A DNA stretch of 64,000 nucleotides from Gammaproteobacteria bacterium (GCA_020847075.1 JADLCS010000030.1:25105-89104); one strand, 5' to 3'; positions 20,367 through 30,367 are shown, counted from the stretch's first letter. Program-made: numbers and translations. Notes: generated from the letters alone by a model not told the origin.

Positions 20367-20393
20367 CTATCGGCGCTGCCGTATCTTTCTTTA
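20367..20393 (-). promoter_or_regulatory. Sigma28 (FliA) promoter of fliC
   Basis: The minus strand reads TAAA-GAAAGATACGGCAGC-GCCGATAG, i.e. TAAA-N15-GCCGATA(A), about 100 nt upstream of the fliC ATG. Confidence 0.8.
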
Positions 20394-20669
20394 AGAAATC
20401 GAACCCAGGCCACACTGAGGCGACGGGGAAACGTGACCGGCGCCCGGACAGAAGAATTTCTTCTTTGGAAACAGATCGCTAAGGAAAGGAATGGGCAGGC
20501 ATGGCCGACCGGCCCGCGATGGGGACGGGAGAACGAGGCCTGTGACGGCGGGGGAGGATCCCCTCGGAGGGCCTCGGATCCCGCCGTCGGCCGAAGCCGC
20601 AGGGTGATCGAGACCCGGAACAGGCTCTATATATATGAGCGGGACGGGCCGCGGCCCGCACGCGGGGAC

Positions 20670-23273
20670 TCACCCCGGGCGCCGGGGCCCCGGGAGGTTC
20701 GGCCCCTCGACGATCGGGGTGTCTCCGCCGGGGCCCGGACGCGCGCGCAAGTCGGTCCGCCGAGCCTCCACATAGTCGCCGCGGAATCCGAGCCCCTCGA
20801 TCAGGTCCAGCACCTCGGGCGCGTCGCCTCCGTCGTATTCCATGCGGCCGGCGAGCAGACGATCGCGCAACTCCAGCAATTGCGCCAGCACCCAGCGCGC
20901 CGGGCCTCCGGCGGGATCGATCCGTTCATATCCGGCCAGCGCCGGCAGGAACGGCTCCGACAGCTCGACGGCCTCCCCTGCCATCACGCGCTCGAGCCGC
21001 CCTTCCAGCACGGACAGGGCCTCCTGCTCCGTGCCGAGTTCGGTCGCGATGCGCAGAAAGGTCTGCGCCGCGCCGATATCCGGCCGCGTCTCCAGCCTCC
21101 GACGCATCAGGCCGAGGGCGCGATCCAGTTTCACGCGGCGCAGGGCGACGTCGTCCGTCCGCCCCTCGGCATAGAGGTCCATCGCCTGCTGGTGGAGCGT
21201 CCAGGACGCCGTGTCCGCCTGCGCCTCCAGATAGGTCTGCCACGACGGCAGCAGGCCATGGATATAGGGTTTGTCCTGTACATAGTCGACCCAGCCGCCC
21301 GCCCGCGCCGGACGCGCCTCCGCCACGCCGGTCTTCTCGTTCCACAGGGCGCGGTAGAGGTCTTCGAGCTGGTGCGTGAAGCGTGCCGGGTCGCACAGGA
21401 TCGAGCCGCGTATCGCCCCCGGGATCCGCGCCCGCAGCGCCGACAGCGCCCCGAGGTCCTGCGCCAGACGCACCGCGATCTCCGCGTATTCGGCTTCGGT
21501 CCGCGCGATCGTCTCCTCCACCCCGATATTCTTCAGGATCGAGTAGCTCACCCGCTGCGCGTGCACCTTTCCGACCAGCGTCACCACCGGCACCCCCATC
21601 CATAGCGCCTCGCAGGTCGTGGTCGTGCCGTTGTAGGGAAAGGTGTCCAGCGCGATGTCCACCTCGTTGTAGCTGTCCAGGTGAGAGTCCCGCGTCGCCG
21701 TGAAACCGCGCATCTCCACCCGCTCACGCGCGATCCCCTCCGCCGCGAAGGCCTCGTACAGATTGGCCTGCACGCAGGCCTCGCCCGCCAGGCTCGCCTT
21801 GATCAGCAGCCTTGAACCCGGCACTCGTTTCAAAATCCCGCTCCACAGCCGCACCGCCTCCGGCGTCAGTTTGCGCGTGTGGTTGAACGAGCCGAAGGTG
21901 ACCTGACCCTTGTTCACCGCCGGCGGCTCCGCCGGCCGCGGACGCTCCGCGAACGACCCGAAGCACAGGAAGCTCTCCGGCATCGCCATCAGCCGCTCCG
22001 TGTAGCGCGTCCCATCCTCCGACTCCGCGTACCGGTCCGTGATGCGATAGTCCGTCTCTTCCAGGCCCGTCGTGTTCGGATATCCCAGGTAGGTCACCTG
22101 CACCGGCGCCGGGCGGTGACGCAGCACCGCGACGCGGGTATTCAGCGTGTGCCCGCCCAGGTCCACCAGTAGGTGGACGCCGTCCGCGCGTATCCGGCGG
22201 GCCAGCGCCGCGTCGTCCAGCCCGGAGACATCGGCGAACGCATCGACCCGGCGCGCCATCTCCCGCGTCAGCGCGTCCTTCTGGCCGGAGGTCGAATAGC
22301 ACAGGATCTCGAAGCGGCCGCGATCATGGGCCGCGAGCACATGGCGCATGAACAGGCCGACCGAGTGGCCGCTGAAATCGCCCGACAGATAGGCGACGCG
22401 CCGCCGTTCGCCGGCCGCCGGCATCGGCGCGACGGGATTCGACCCCGAGCCGCCGCTGCGGCGCGCCCAGTTGCGGTGGATCTCCAGTTGTCCGGCGGGG
22501 TCGATCCCCGGGCAGGCGTTGAGCGGCAGCAACAGATCCTGCAGCACGCCGGGCTTGCCGCCGTCCGAACGCGCGTAGTCGAGCACGCGCCCGCGGATGC
22601 GCGCGACCAGCGGCCAGGCGCACAGGTTCACCGCGCTCGGAAAGATACAGGCGAGGAGTTCCGGGGAGTCGAAACGCGCCGCTGCCTCGTGCATGAAGGC
22701 GTGGGTCCGGCCGGCATCGTGGCGCTTGAGCAGATGCAGGAGATTGATCGCGGCCTCTGGCGAGGGCTGCAGCTCGAACGCCCTGCGATAGGCGGCCTCG
22801 GCCTCGTCCACGCGCCCGAGTCGGCCGGAGACGAGCCCCAGATTGTTGTGGGCGGGATGATAGTCGGGCCGGCAGGCGATGGCGCGGAGATAGGCCTCGC
22901 GCGCCTCGGCGTCGCGCGCCAGGGTACGACAGGCGTTGCCGAGGTTGTACCAGGCCATGAAGTGATCCGGCCGGCGCGCAAGCGCCTGGCGCAGATGGTC
23001 GATCGCCGCCTCCGCCGCGCCCGCGTCGACGAGCGCCACCCCGAGGTTGACGCGCGCGTTGACGTCGGCGGGCGACCTCTCGAGCACCTGCCTGAACCGG
23101 TCGACCGCCCCGGAGAAGTCCCCCTTTTTATAACGGATGCAGCCCTCCAGGAACTGCACCTCGGCGCTGTCGCGGGCCTGTCCGCGCAAACGCCCGGTGA
23201 TCTCCTCCGCGGCCTGGAGCTCGCCGCGGTCGATGTGCCTCCTGGCCTGTTCGATGGATCGCGCCACGCCCAC
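20670..23273 (-). CDS. TPR-repeat + GT41 (SPINDLY/OGT-like) glycosyltransferase with extra C-terminal domain; probable flagellin glycosyltransferase
   Basis: N-terminal TPRs. The central region RRVAYLSGDFSGHSVG...VTYLGYPNTTGL...FGSFNHTRKLTPE...DTFPYNGTTTTCEALWMGVPVVTL matches bacterial SPY-type O-GlcNAc transferases. About 250 further residues have unknown affinity. Apparent GTG start. Confidence 0.8.
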   Translation of the reverse strand: MGVARSIEQARRHIDRGELQAAEEITGRLRGQARDSAEVQFLEGCIRYKKGDFSGAVDRFRQVLERSPADVNARVNLGVALVDAGAAEAAIDHLRQALARRPDHFMAWYNLGNACRTLARDAEAREAYLRAIACRPDYHPAHNNLGLVSGRLGRVDEAEAAYRRAFELQPSPEAAINLLHLLKRHDAGRTHAFMHEAAARFDSPELLACIFPSAVNLCAWPLVARIRGRVLDYARSDGGKPGVLQDLLLPLNACPGIDPAGQLEIHRNWARRSGGSGSNPVAPMPAAGERRRVAYLSGDFSGHSVGLFMRHVLAAHDRGRFEILCYSTSGQKDALTREMARRVDAFADVSGLDDAALARRIRADGVHLLVDLGGHTLNTRVAVLRHRPAPVQVTYLGYPNTTGLEETDYRITDRYAESEDGTRYTERLMAMPESFLCFGSFAERPRPAEPPAVNKGQVTFGSFNHTRKLTPEAVRLWSGILKRVPGSRLLIKASLAGEACVQANLYEAFAAEGIARERVEMRGFTATRDSHLDSYNEVDIALDTFPYNGTTTTCEALWMGVPVVTLVGKVHAQRVSYSILKNIGVEETIARTEAEYAEIAVRLAQDLGALSALRARIPGAIRGSILCDPARFTHQLEDLYRALWNEKTGVAEARPARAGGWVDYVQDKPYIHGLLPSWQTYLEAQADTASWTLHQQAMDLYAEGRTDDVALRRVKLDRALGLMRRRLETRPDIGAAQTFLRIATELGTEQEALSVLEGRLERVMAGEAVELSEPFLPALAGYERIDPAGGPARWVLAQLLELRDRLLAGRMEYDGGDAPEVLDLIEGLGFRGDYVEARRTDLRARPGPGGDTPIVEGPNLPGPRRPG

Positions 23274-23405
23274 GGTCTCACCCCTCTCATCGTCGCTGCC
23301 GGTTCATCCGTTCGATGAATGCAATAGACGAGCCAATAGCGGATGACGCGAAACCCTGCCGGAAACGGCGCCGACGCGCCGGGGGAAACCGTGATGGAAC
23401 CGGAT

Positions 23406-23487
23406 CGTAGCCCGGAGGCCGCGTAACGGAGCCCGGGAACGGTCCCTTATTCATCCCCGGATTTCGCTACGCTGCCTCCGGGCTACG
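23406..23487. repeat. REP/BIME-like pair of inverted palindromic units
   Basis: CGTAGCCCGGAGGC (23406-23419) and GCCTCCGGGCTACG (23474-23487) form a perfect 14-bp inverted repeat. Each arm continues into a related imperfect palindrome (..CGCGTAACGGAGCCCGGG / CCCCGGATTTCGCTACGCT..). Located between flgL and the GT41 gene. Confidence 0.6.
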
Positions 23488-23514
23488 TAGGCTATGGAAG
23501 CGGAAAGGGAAAGC

Positions 23515-25077
23515 TCAGAGGTAATTGAACAGCGACAGGCCCTGGAGGCGGGCGAACACCTGCTGCGCCGCCTGCAGGCCGACCATCTGCTGAGTCAACC
23601 GGGTGATCGCGGTCGTGTAGTCCAGGTCCTCGATGCCGGAACGGGCCTCTTCGATCTGCAACGTGGAGGCCTCGTTCATGTCTTCCTGGGTGTCGATGCG
23701 GTTGAGGCGCGCGCCGATCTGGGCGCGCACCGAACGGATGTTCTCCATGCCCTGATCGATGTCGGACAGGAACTGATTGATGGAGTTGCTCAACACACCG
23801 CCGGCATTGGCCCCGGAGACGCCACCCTCGAGCATCAAGGCCAGATTCTCGATCGTGGTGAACAGATCCTGATGCCCGCTGGGGGCGATGGTGAACGTAT
23901 CGCCCGCCCGCGGCGTCCCCGACAGTGAGGTCTGGAGACCGTTGAAGGCGATCTGCACGCCGTTGGTATAGGCGCCGCTGGCCCCGATGTTGCCGCGACT
24001 GTCCTCCACGAGGAAGCGGGTCGCCTCCGCCGGGTCGTAGTGGAGCGCGGCGCTGGTGGCAGTGGCGCCGGTCAGCACCGATCCGAAGTACCCGGTGACC
24101 GTGTCGGCGTCCCCGTCGCTGGCGCCGCTCATCGATTCGGTGACCACGATGGGGGTATCGGACGGCGCGGTGCTGACCAGATAGAGCGTTCCGCCGTCGA
24201 CCACCGCGCGCGCGCCGGTGGCGGCGCTGTCGTCGTTGATCTGCCGCGCCAGCTCGTCGAGCGTGGCGGCCGGCGTCCCGCCCTCGGAGACCGAATACAC
24301 ATCGACGCCGTTGATGTTCAGGGTATAGGACAGGGTGTCGTTCGTGCCGGCCGCGTCGGAGAAGGACAGGGTCCCCGTCGCCGCCGTGGTGTGCGGGAAG
24401 GAGATGGTGTAGACGTCTCCGTCGTAGACGGCCGGGGCCGTCACGCTGCCCGGGGCGATCACCCCGTTGCCCCGGTTGGACAGGCTCGCGCTGGTGGAGA
24501 ACGTACCGTTGCCGGTGCGGATGCGCATGAATACATCGTCGCCCGAATCCCCGGTCGCGACCTGCTGGGTCGCGCCGATCTGGAGAAAGCGCTGTCCGCT
24601 GTCGCCGCTGTAGAGATATTCGCTGGTGGCGCTGCGGGAGAACGGCTGGACGCGACCCTGGTAGCCGGCGAAGATGTACTCCCCGTTGGCGTCCGTGGTG
24701 TTGGCCACGGTCATGATCTCGTCGAGATTCTGCCGCACCTCCACCGCGATGTAGCGGCGGTCCTCCTCCGACAGGGCGGAATTGTTCGCCTGCAGGGCGA
24801 GTTCCCGGATGCGGTCCAGGGTGGTGCCGACGGAGTTCAGCGAGGATTCCTCGCGCTGCAGGCGCTGGCGCGCGCTGGTGATGTTCTCCTGGTACTGGGC
24901 GATGGTGTCCAGCGACTGGCGGTACCCGATCAACGCGGCGGTGCCGGACGGGTCGTCCGAGGGCGACAGGATGCGTTTGCCCGTCGACAACTGTTCCTGC
25001 GTGCGCGCCACCCGGGTCTGCTGATCGAGGATGGATTTCGTCGCGATCAGGTTGATCTGATTGGTCGATACGCGCAT
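23515..25077 (-). CDS. flgL: Flagellar hook-filament junction protein FlgL (HAP3), long form
   Basis: Flagellin-like N-terminus MRVSTNQINL...LSTGKRILSPSDDPSG and a matching C-terminus. At 520 aa it is longer than the roughly 300-400 aa I recall for typical FlgL, because of an inserted domain. Confidence 0.9.
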   Translation of the reverse strand: MRVSTNQINLIATKSILDQQTRVARTQEQLSTGKRILSPSDDPSGTAALIGYRQSLDTIAQYQENITSARQRLQREESSLNSVGTTLDRIRELALQANNSALSEEDRRYIAVEVRQNLDEIMTVANTTDANGEYIFAGYQGRVQPFSRSATSEYLYSGDSGQRFLQIGATQQVATGDSGDDVFMRIRTGNGTFSTSASLSNRGNGVIAPGSVTAPAVYDGDVYTISFPHTTAATGTLSFSDAAGTNDTLSYTLNINGVDVYSVSEGGTPAATLDELARQINDDSAATGARAVVDGGTLYLVSTAPSDTPIVVTESMSGASDGDADTVTGYFGSVLTGATATSAALHYDPAEATRFLVEDSRGNIGASGAYTNGVQIAFNGLQTSLSGTPRAGDTFTIAPSGHQDLFTTIENLALMLEGGVSGANAGGVLSNSINQFLSDIDQGMENIRSVRAQIGARLNRIDTQEDMNEASTLQIEEARSGIEDLDYTTAITRLTQQMVGLQAAQQVFARLQGLSLFNYL

Positions 25078-25079
25078 CG

Positions 25080-27395
25080 TTACCTCCGGATCGAGTCGAT
25101 CAGAACCTGGAACATATTGTTCGCCGCCGCGATGACCTGCGCCGCCGCCGAATAGGCCTGCTGAAAACGCAGCACGTTAGCCGCCTCCTCGTCCAGATTG
25201 ACCCCGGACAGGGACTCGCGCGCCTCCACCGCCTGGGTCAGCATGCTGGCCTGCGCCAGCCCGGTGACCTCCGCCTGGCGGGTCTTGATGCCGACGTCCG
25301 CCACCAGTCCACTATAAAGATCCTGGTAGGAGGCGGTGCCGCCGTTCAGGACGCGCGCGTCCTGCAGCGCGGCGAGCGCGAGCGCATTGCGGTTGTCGCT
25401 GACGCCGTTCGTATTGGGCCCCAGCGTGAAGACGTCGCCGCTGTTCGGGCGTCCGCTCAGCACGGTCTCGATGCCGTTGAACCGGATCGCGGCGCCGTCG
25501 GCGTAGAGCCCCGCCGTCACGGTGGCCGCGCCGCCGTCCAGCACGACATAGCTGTCCGCCGCGCCGGCGAAGGTGAGGCTGCTGGAGGGGTTCGAGGCGC
25601 CTTGCAGAGTGGCACCGAAATAACCGACCGCGGTGTCCGCATCCTCCGCCGTCCCGCTCAGGGTGTTCAGCGATTCGGTGACCGTGATCGGCATCGAGGA
25701 CGACGGCACGTTGGCGAAATAGAGCGTGCCGCCGCCGGCGTCCACATAGGCCATGACGCCGGTGGCGGCGGCATCGTCGTTGATCTCCGCCGCCAGCGCG
25801 TCGAGGTCGGTCAGCGCCGGATCGGCGCTGCCCTGACTGTAGACCAGGACCCCGTTGACGCGCAGTTCGTACTGCACGGCATTGTTGCCGCCGCTCTCCG
25901 TCACCTGGCCGCGCGTCGCCCCGCCGTCGGCAACGGCCGCGGTGGCGTCCGCTGCCACGATACGGTAATCGTCGTCGTCGAACTCCGCCAGATCCGTCAT
26001 CGCCCCGGCGCTGATCGCGCCGCTGCCGGTATTGGCGAGCGACGCCGCGGTGCGTACCGGGCTCGCCGCGGCGATCTGGTTCGGGTTGGAGATGGCGACA
26101 TCGAAATAGCGCGCCCCGTTCGCGGTGGGGCGGATCAGGAAACTGTCCCCGTTCGCGATGGCGCCGGAATCGAGGCTCAGCGTGAGCCCGTCCACGGTGA
26201 CGGGGGCGGCCGGAAACCCGCTCAGGGCGGTGCTCCGGCCGTCGCTCAGCCGGATCAGGGAATAGGCGTTCCCGGCCCGCTCCAGGCGGTAATCGCTGGT
26301 GGTCAGCGCGGCGGCGTCGCTGATGACGACGCCGATCTGCGCCCCGGGCTGGCCCGAGTTGTTCGTATTGGGCAACACCTGCGCGGTCGAGACCGTGGTA
26401 TCGGTGTCGATCGGCACGAAGAAATCGCCGCCCGCCGCGCCGTTGAGATCGACGCCCATGGCGTGCTGGGCATTGAAGGTCGCCGTCACCGAGAGGGCGA
26501 GCTGCCCCAGGCGGTTCAGGGTCGGATCCAGCACCTGGGACCGGAACTGCAGTATCCCGCCGACCTCGCCGCCGCTCAACTGGTTGGAGATGGCCACCGG
26601 ACCGGAGGTGGTCACGAAGGCGACCTCCTTGCGCTCGGGATCGTAGGCGTTGGCGGCGATGGTCAGGCGGCTGGCGGTCGAGCCGGCCACCAGGGCCTGG
26701 CCGCTGCCGATATAGACATTGACGGTCCCGTCGTCCTGACCGACGGTAGTCACCGACACCTGTTCGGACAGTTGCCGGACGAGTTCGTCGCGCCGATCCA
26801 GCAGATCGTTGGCGCCGCCGCTGCCGGATACCCCGAGGTTCATAATCTGCTGATTGATGCTGGCGATCGAGGTGGCGAGGCTGTTGATCTCGTCGACGGA
26901 GGCCGTCAGCGCGTCGTTCACGTTATCGTCGAGATCGGAGACCTGCAGATAGAAGTTCTGGAAACGGCTCGCCAGGCTCTCGGCCTCGCTCAGCATGACC
27001 TGCCGCGACTCCAGCGAGGAAGGATCGTTGGCGACGGTCTGGATGGCGTCGAAGAACCCCTGCAGCGCCGACATCACGCCCGCGTCGGAATCCGACAGCA
27101 TGGTGTCGATCTGGCTCGCCAGGGCATGGAGCCTGTCCGCCTGGGTGCTGCCCGAGGTCGCCGTACGGATCTGCAGCGTATTGAACTCGTCGTAGATGCG
27201 CTCGATGCTGCTGATGCTCACGCCGGTCCCGATGAAGAAATCGCCGATCCGGTCCGGGGTCTGCGTCGTCAGGTTGACACGCTGGCGGCTGTAGCCCTCC
27301 GTGTTCACGTTGGCGATATTGTTCGAGGCCACCGACAGCGCGCGCTGCGCCGCCAGCAGACCGGAAAGCCCGTTACCCAATACACCGCTGGCCAT
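25080..27395 (-). CDS. flgK: Flagellar hook-filament junction protein FlgK (HAP1)
   Basis: 771 aa with N-terminus LSGLLAAQRALSVASNNIANVNTEGYSRQ and C-terminus GVNLDEEAANVLRFQQAYSAAAQVIAAANNMFQVLI. Confidence 0.93.
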   Translation of the reverse strand: MASGVLGNGLSGLLAAQRALSVASNNIANVNTEGYSRQRVNLTTQTPDRIGDFFIGTGVSISSIERIYDEFNTLQIRTATSGSTQADRLHALASQIDTMLSDSDAGVMSALQGFFDAIQTVANDPSSLESRQVMLSEAESLASRFQNFYLQVSDLDDNVNDALTASVDEINSLATSIASINQQIMNLGVSGSGGANDLLDRRDELVRQLSEQVSVTTVGQDDGTVNVYIGSGQALVAGSTASRLTIAANAYDPERKEVAFVTTSGPVAISNQLSGGEVGGILQFRSQVLDPTLNRLGQLALSVTATFNAQHAMGVDLNGAAGGDFFVPIDTDTTVSTAQVLPNTNNSGQPGAQIGVVISDAAALTTSDYRLERAGNAYSLIRLSDGRSTALSGFPAAPVTVDGLTLSLDSGAIANGDSFLIRPTANGARYFDVAISNPNQIAAASPVRTAASLANTGSGAISAGAMTDLAEFDDDDYRIVAADATAAVADGGATRGQVTESGGNNAVQYELRVNGVLVYSQGSADPALTDLDALAAEINDDAAATGVMAYVDAGGGTLYFANVPSSSMPITVTESLNTLSGTAEDADTAVGYFGATLQGASNPSSSLTFAGAADSYVVLDGGAATVTAGLYADGAAIRFNGIETVLSGRPNSGDVFTLGPNTNGVSDNRNALALAALQDARVLNGGTASYQDLYSGLVADVGIKTRQAEVTGLAQASMLTQAVEARESLSGVNLDEEAANVLRFQQAYSAAAQVIAAANNMFQVLIDSIRR

Positions 27396-27453
27396 CGTCT
27401 ATGCTCCAGACATCATGAGTTCGCGTTCGGAAGGCGGAATGGGGGCCGGATCA

Positions 27454-28452
27454 TCAGAGGGTAACCTCGTCGGAATCTGTTAACGGCATCACACTCGCAT
27501 CCTTGAATGCCCCCTGCGCCAGGAGGGATTCGGCGCCGAATGCTATACGGCTGATCTTGTTGGCGTATTCCGGATCCGTCGCGTATCCGGCCTGCTGCAG
27601 CCGCTGCAGGAACGCCGCCCCGTTCGCGCCCTCGGACAGGGCCGCGCCATAGCGTGGGCTGTCGCGCAGGAAGGCGGCGTAATCGGCGAAGCTGTCCGCG
27701 TAGGACGCATAGGCGCGGAAGGTCTCGCGCCGCTTCACGGCGACGCCGCCCTCGTATTCGAGCGTCTCGGAGACCACCCGGTCGCCGGACCAGCGCGCAT
27801 CGGCCTTGATGCCGAACAGATTGTGGCTGCTGCCGCCGTCCGGCGTGCGCATCACGCTCCGGCCCCAGCCGGTCTCGAGCGCCGCCTGCGCCAACAGCAC
27901 GCGCGGGGACACCCCGAGTTCGCGGGCGGCGTCCTCGGCATGCGGCGCCAGCACCCGGACGAAGTCCTCCGGAGAGCCGATCGCGGGTTCCCCGGAGACC
28001 GCCGTCTCTTTTTCCGGGGCCTTTTCCGGCGGCGTCGCGATCGCCGCGCGCGGCGGGGAGGACGGCGATGACAACGGTATCGCGCCCGCCTGCGTCGCCG
28101 GGGCGGCGGCGGCGGTTGTAGCCGCCCCGTCCGCGCCCGGTGACCGGGTCAATTGCCTGACCAGAAGATCGGCGAGTCCCAGAGCGCCCTTCTCCGACAA
28201 GTCCACCGAGAGCTGCTGGTCGAACATGTCGCGGTAGAGCTTTTCCTGGTCGCTGCCGAACAATTCATCCCCGACACCGGTCTCGCGCATGTTCTTCAGC
28301 ATCATCTGGATGAACAGCGCCTCGAACTGCTGCGCGACCTTGCGCACCGTCTCCGGCGACGGGGCCTGCGCATCGCGGCGCAGGCGCGCCAGCCCGTTCG
28401 AATCGCTGTAAACGGCCGCGGTGGAGGCCGCGCCGGAGCTCGCCTCGATCAT
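27454..28452 (-). CDS. flgJ: Flagellar rod assembly protein/peptidoglycan hydrolase FlgJ
   Basis: N-terminal rod-binding region (VAQQFEALFIQMMLKNMR) and C-terminal glucosaminidase/muramidase domain (AALETGWGRS...HNLFGIK...FRAYASYADSFADY). Confidence 0.9.
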   Translation of the reverse strand: MIEASSGAASTAAVYSDSNGLARLRRDAQAPSPETVRKVAQQFEALFIQMMLKNMRETGVGDELFGSDQEKLYRDMFDQQLSVDLSEKGALGLADLLVRQLTRSPGADGAATTAAAAPATQAGAIPLSSPSSPPRAAIATPPEKAPEKETAVSGEPAIGSPEDFVRVLAPHAEDAARELGVSPRVLLAQAALETGWGRSVMRTPDGGSSHNLFGIKADARWSGDRVVSETLEYEGGVAVKRRETFRAYASYADSFADYAAFLRDSPRYGAALSEGANGAAFLQRLQQAGYATDPEYANKISRIAFGAESLLAQGAFKDASVMPLTDSDEVTL

Positions 28453-28489
28453 GACACCCGTCTCCGGCCGCCCGCGCGCATGCCACCCG

Positions 28490-29623
28490 TCAGATCACGA
28501 TCAGCTCGGCGCGCAGCGCACCGGCCTCGCGCAGCGCCTCCAGGATGGCGACCAGATCGCCCGGGGCGGCGCCCACCTCGTTCACGGCGGTCACGATGTC
28601 GTCGAGCGAGGTGCCCGGGTCGAACTTGAACATATGGCTCGCGGTCTGCTCCACCGAGATGTCGCTGGTCGGCACCACCACGGTGGAACCGCCGGAGAGC
28701 GGCGCGGGCTGGCTGACCTCGGCGCGCTCGGTGATGGTCACGGTCAGGCTGCCGTGCGACACGGCGGCCGCGGTCACGCGCACGTTGCTGCCGATCACCA
28801 CGGTGCCGGTGCGCGAGTTGACGATCACGCGCGCGGCGGTCGCGCCCGGCTCCAGGGTGAGGTTCTCCAGCACGGACAGGAAGGAGACGCGCTGTCCCTG
28901 CTCGCGCGGCGCGTTGACCTGGACCGAGGAGCCGTCGACCGGCCGCGCGGTACCCTCGCCGATCGCGGTATTGATCGCGTCCGCGACCCGTTTGGAGGTG
29001 GTGAAATCGGGCCGGTTCAGATTGAATACGAAATAATCCTCGCCGCCGAAGCTGGTCGGCGCCGGGCGCTCCACCGTCGCGCCGTTGGGGATGCGCCCCA
29101 CGCTCGGCACATTGACGCTGATGCGCGAGCCGTCGCCGCCCTCGGCGCCGAAGCCGCCCACCACCAGGTTGCCCTGGGCGACCGCGTAGATCTGTCCGTC
29201 CGCGCCCTTGAGCGGGGACATCAACAGGCTGCCGCCGCGCAGACTCTTGGCGTTGCCGAGCGAGGACACCGTGATATCGATGGTCTGACCCGGCTTCGCG
29301 AACGCGGGCAGCTCGGCGTGTATGGTGACCGCGGCGACGTTCTTGAGCTGCGGATTCACGTCCGCCGGCAGGGTGATGCCGTACTGGTTGAGCATGTTCT
29401 TCAGGCTCTGCACGGTGAACGGCGTCTGGGTGGTCTGGTCACCGGTGCCGTCGAGGCCGACCACCAGCCCGTAACCGACCAGCTGGTTGGTGCGCACGCC
29501 CGCCACCGCGGCGATGTCCTTGATGCGCTCCGCCAGGGCCGGCGCTGCGGCGAGCGCCAGGGCCGCGGCGATCAGCAGTGCGCGGATCGGCCGGCGGCGG
29601 GTGCGAGTATGGAGTTCCAGCAT
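28490..29623 (-). CDS. flgI: Flagellar P-ring protein FlgI
   Basis: Signal peptide [19 protein letters not shown] followed by [31 protein letters not shown]. The start was trimmed to MLELHTR so that it no longer overlaps flgH. Confidence 0.93.
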   Translation of the reverse strand: MLELHTRTRRRPIRALLIAAALALAAAPALAERIKDIAAVAGVRTNQLVGYGLVVGLDGTGDQTTQTPFTVQSLKNMLNQYGITLPADVNPQLKNVAAVTIHAELPAFAKPGQTIDITVSSLGNAKSLRGGSLLMSPLKGADGQIYAVAQGNLVVGGFGAEGGDGSRISVNVPSVGRIPNGATVERPAPTSFGGEDYFVFNLNRPDFTTSKRVADAINTAIGEGTARPVDGSSVQVNAPREQGQRVSFLSVLENLTLEPGATAARVIVNSRTGTVVIGSNVRVTAAAVSHGSLTVTITERAEVSQPAPLSGGSTVVVPTSDISVEQTASHMFKFDPGTSLDDIVTAVNEVGAAPGDLVAILEALREAGALRAELIVI

Positions 29624-29658
29624 GATTTTTTCCCGTCCCTTATCTGGCAGGCCGTCGC

Positions 29659-30357
29659 TCAGAACGGCCACCACTTACCGTTGAAGAATTTGCCCAGCCA
29701 GCCCATGTCGTTCGAGTCGGCGACGACGCCCGCCCCGCCGTAGGCGATCTCGGCGCCCGCGATCAGGGTGGAAGAGATCGTATTGTTGGCCAGGATGTCC
29801 GTCGGCCGGATGATCCCGGACAGGGTGATATGCTCGTCGCCCTGGTTGATCGAGATCACCTTCTCGCCGTAGATGCGCAGATAGCCGTTCGGCAGGACCT
29901 CGGTCACCACGGCGGTGATGTTGCCGGTCAACTGATTGCTCTGCGCGCTCGCCCCTTCTCCGTCGAAGGTCTTGGAGGATTCCAGGCCGTTTTCCAGCGT
30001 GCGGCGGCCGTTGCCCAGGGGGCCGGCCCCGAACGAGAGCGGATTGCCCAGCAGCGTGGGATTGGCGATGTCGATGCTGTTGTCCTTGCTGGTGCTGGTG
30101 CTGGCGCTCTTGCTGGCGTTGGTGCGTTCGACCAGCACCACGGTGACGATGTCCCCCACGCGGCGCGGGCGGATGTCCTCGAACAGCGGGGAAGTCAGGC
30201 CGACGCGGTAGATCGCGCCGTCCGTCGCCGGCTGGGCGGGTTCGGCATGGCGGATGATGTCCTCCGAGATGCCTGAACCGTGCTTCGGCGTCGTCGCGCA
30301 GCCCGCGGCGAGCGCGGCCGCCAGAAGGATGAACAGCGTCGTGTGGCCTCGTTTCAT
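29659..30357 (-). CDS. flgH: Flagellar L-ring lipoprotein FlgH
   Basis: Lipobox LAAGC and the conserved FlgH body ([22 protein letters not shown]...). Confidence 0.93.
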   Translation of the reverse strand: MKRGHTTLFILLAAALAAGCATTPKHGSGISEDIIRHAEPAQPATDGAIYRVGLTSPLFEDIRPRRVGDIVTVVLVERTNASKSASTSTSKDNSIDIANPTLLGNPLSFGAGPLGNGRRTLENGLESSKTFDGEGASAQSNQLTGNITAVVTEVLPNGYLRIYGEKVISINQGDEHITLSGIIRPTDILANNTISSTLIAGAEIAYGGAGVVADSNDMGWLGKFFNGKWWPF

Positions 30358-30367
30358 GGGCGCTCCG

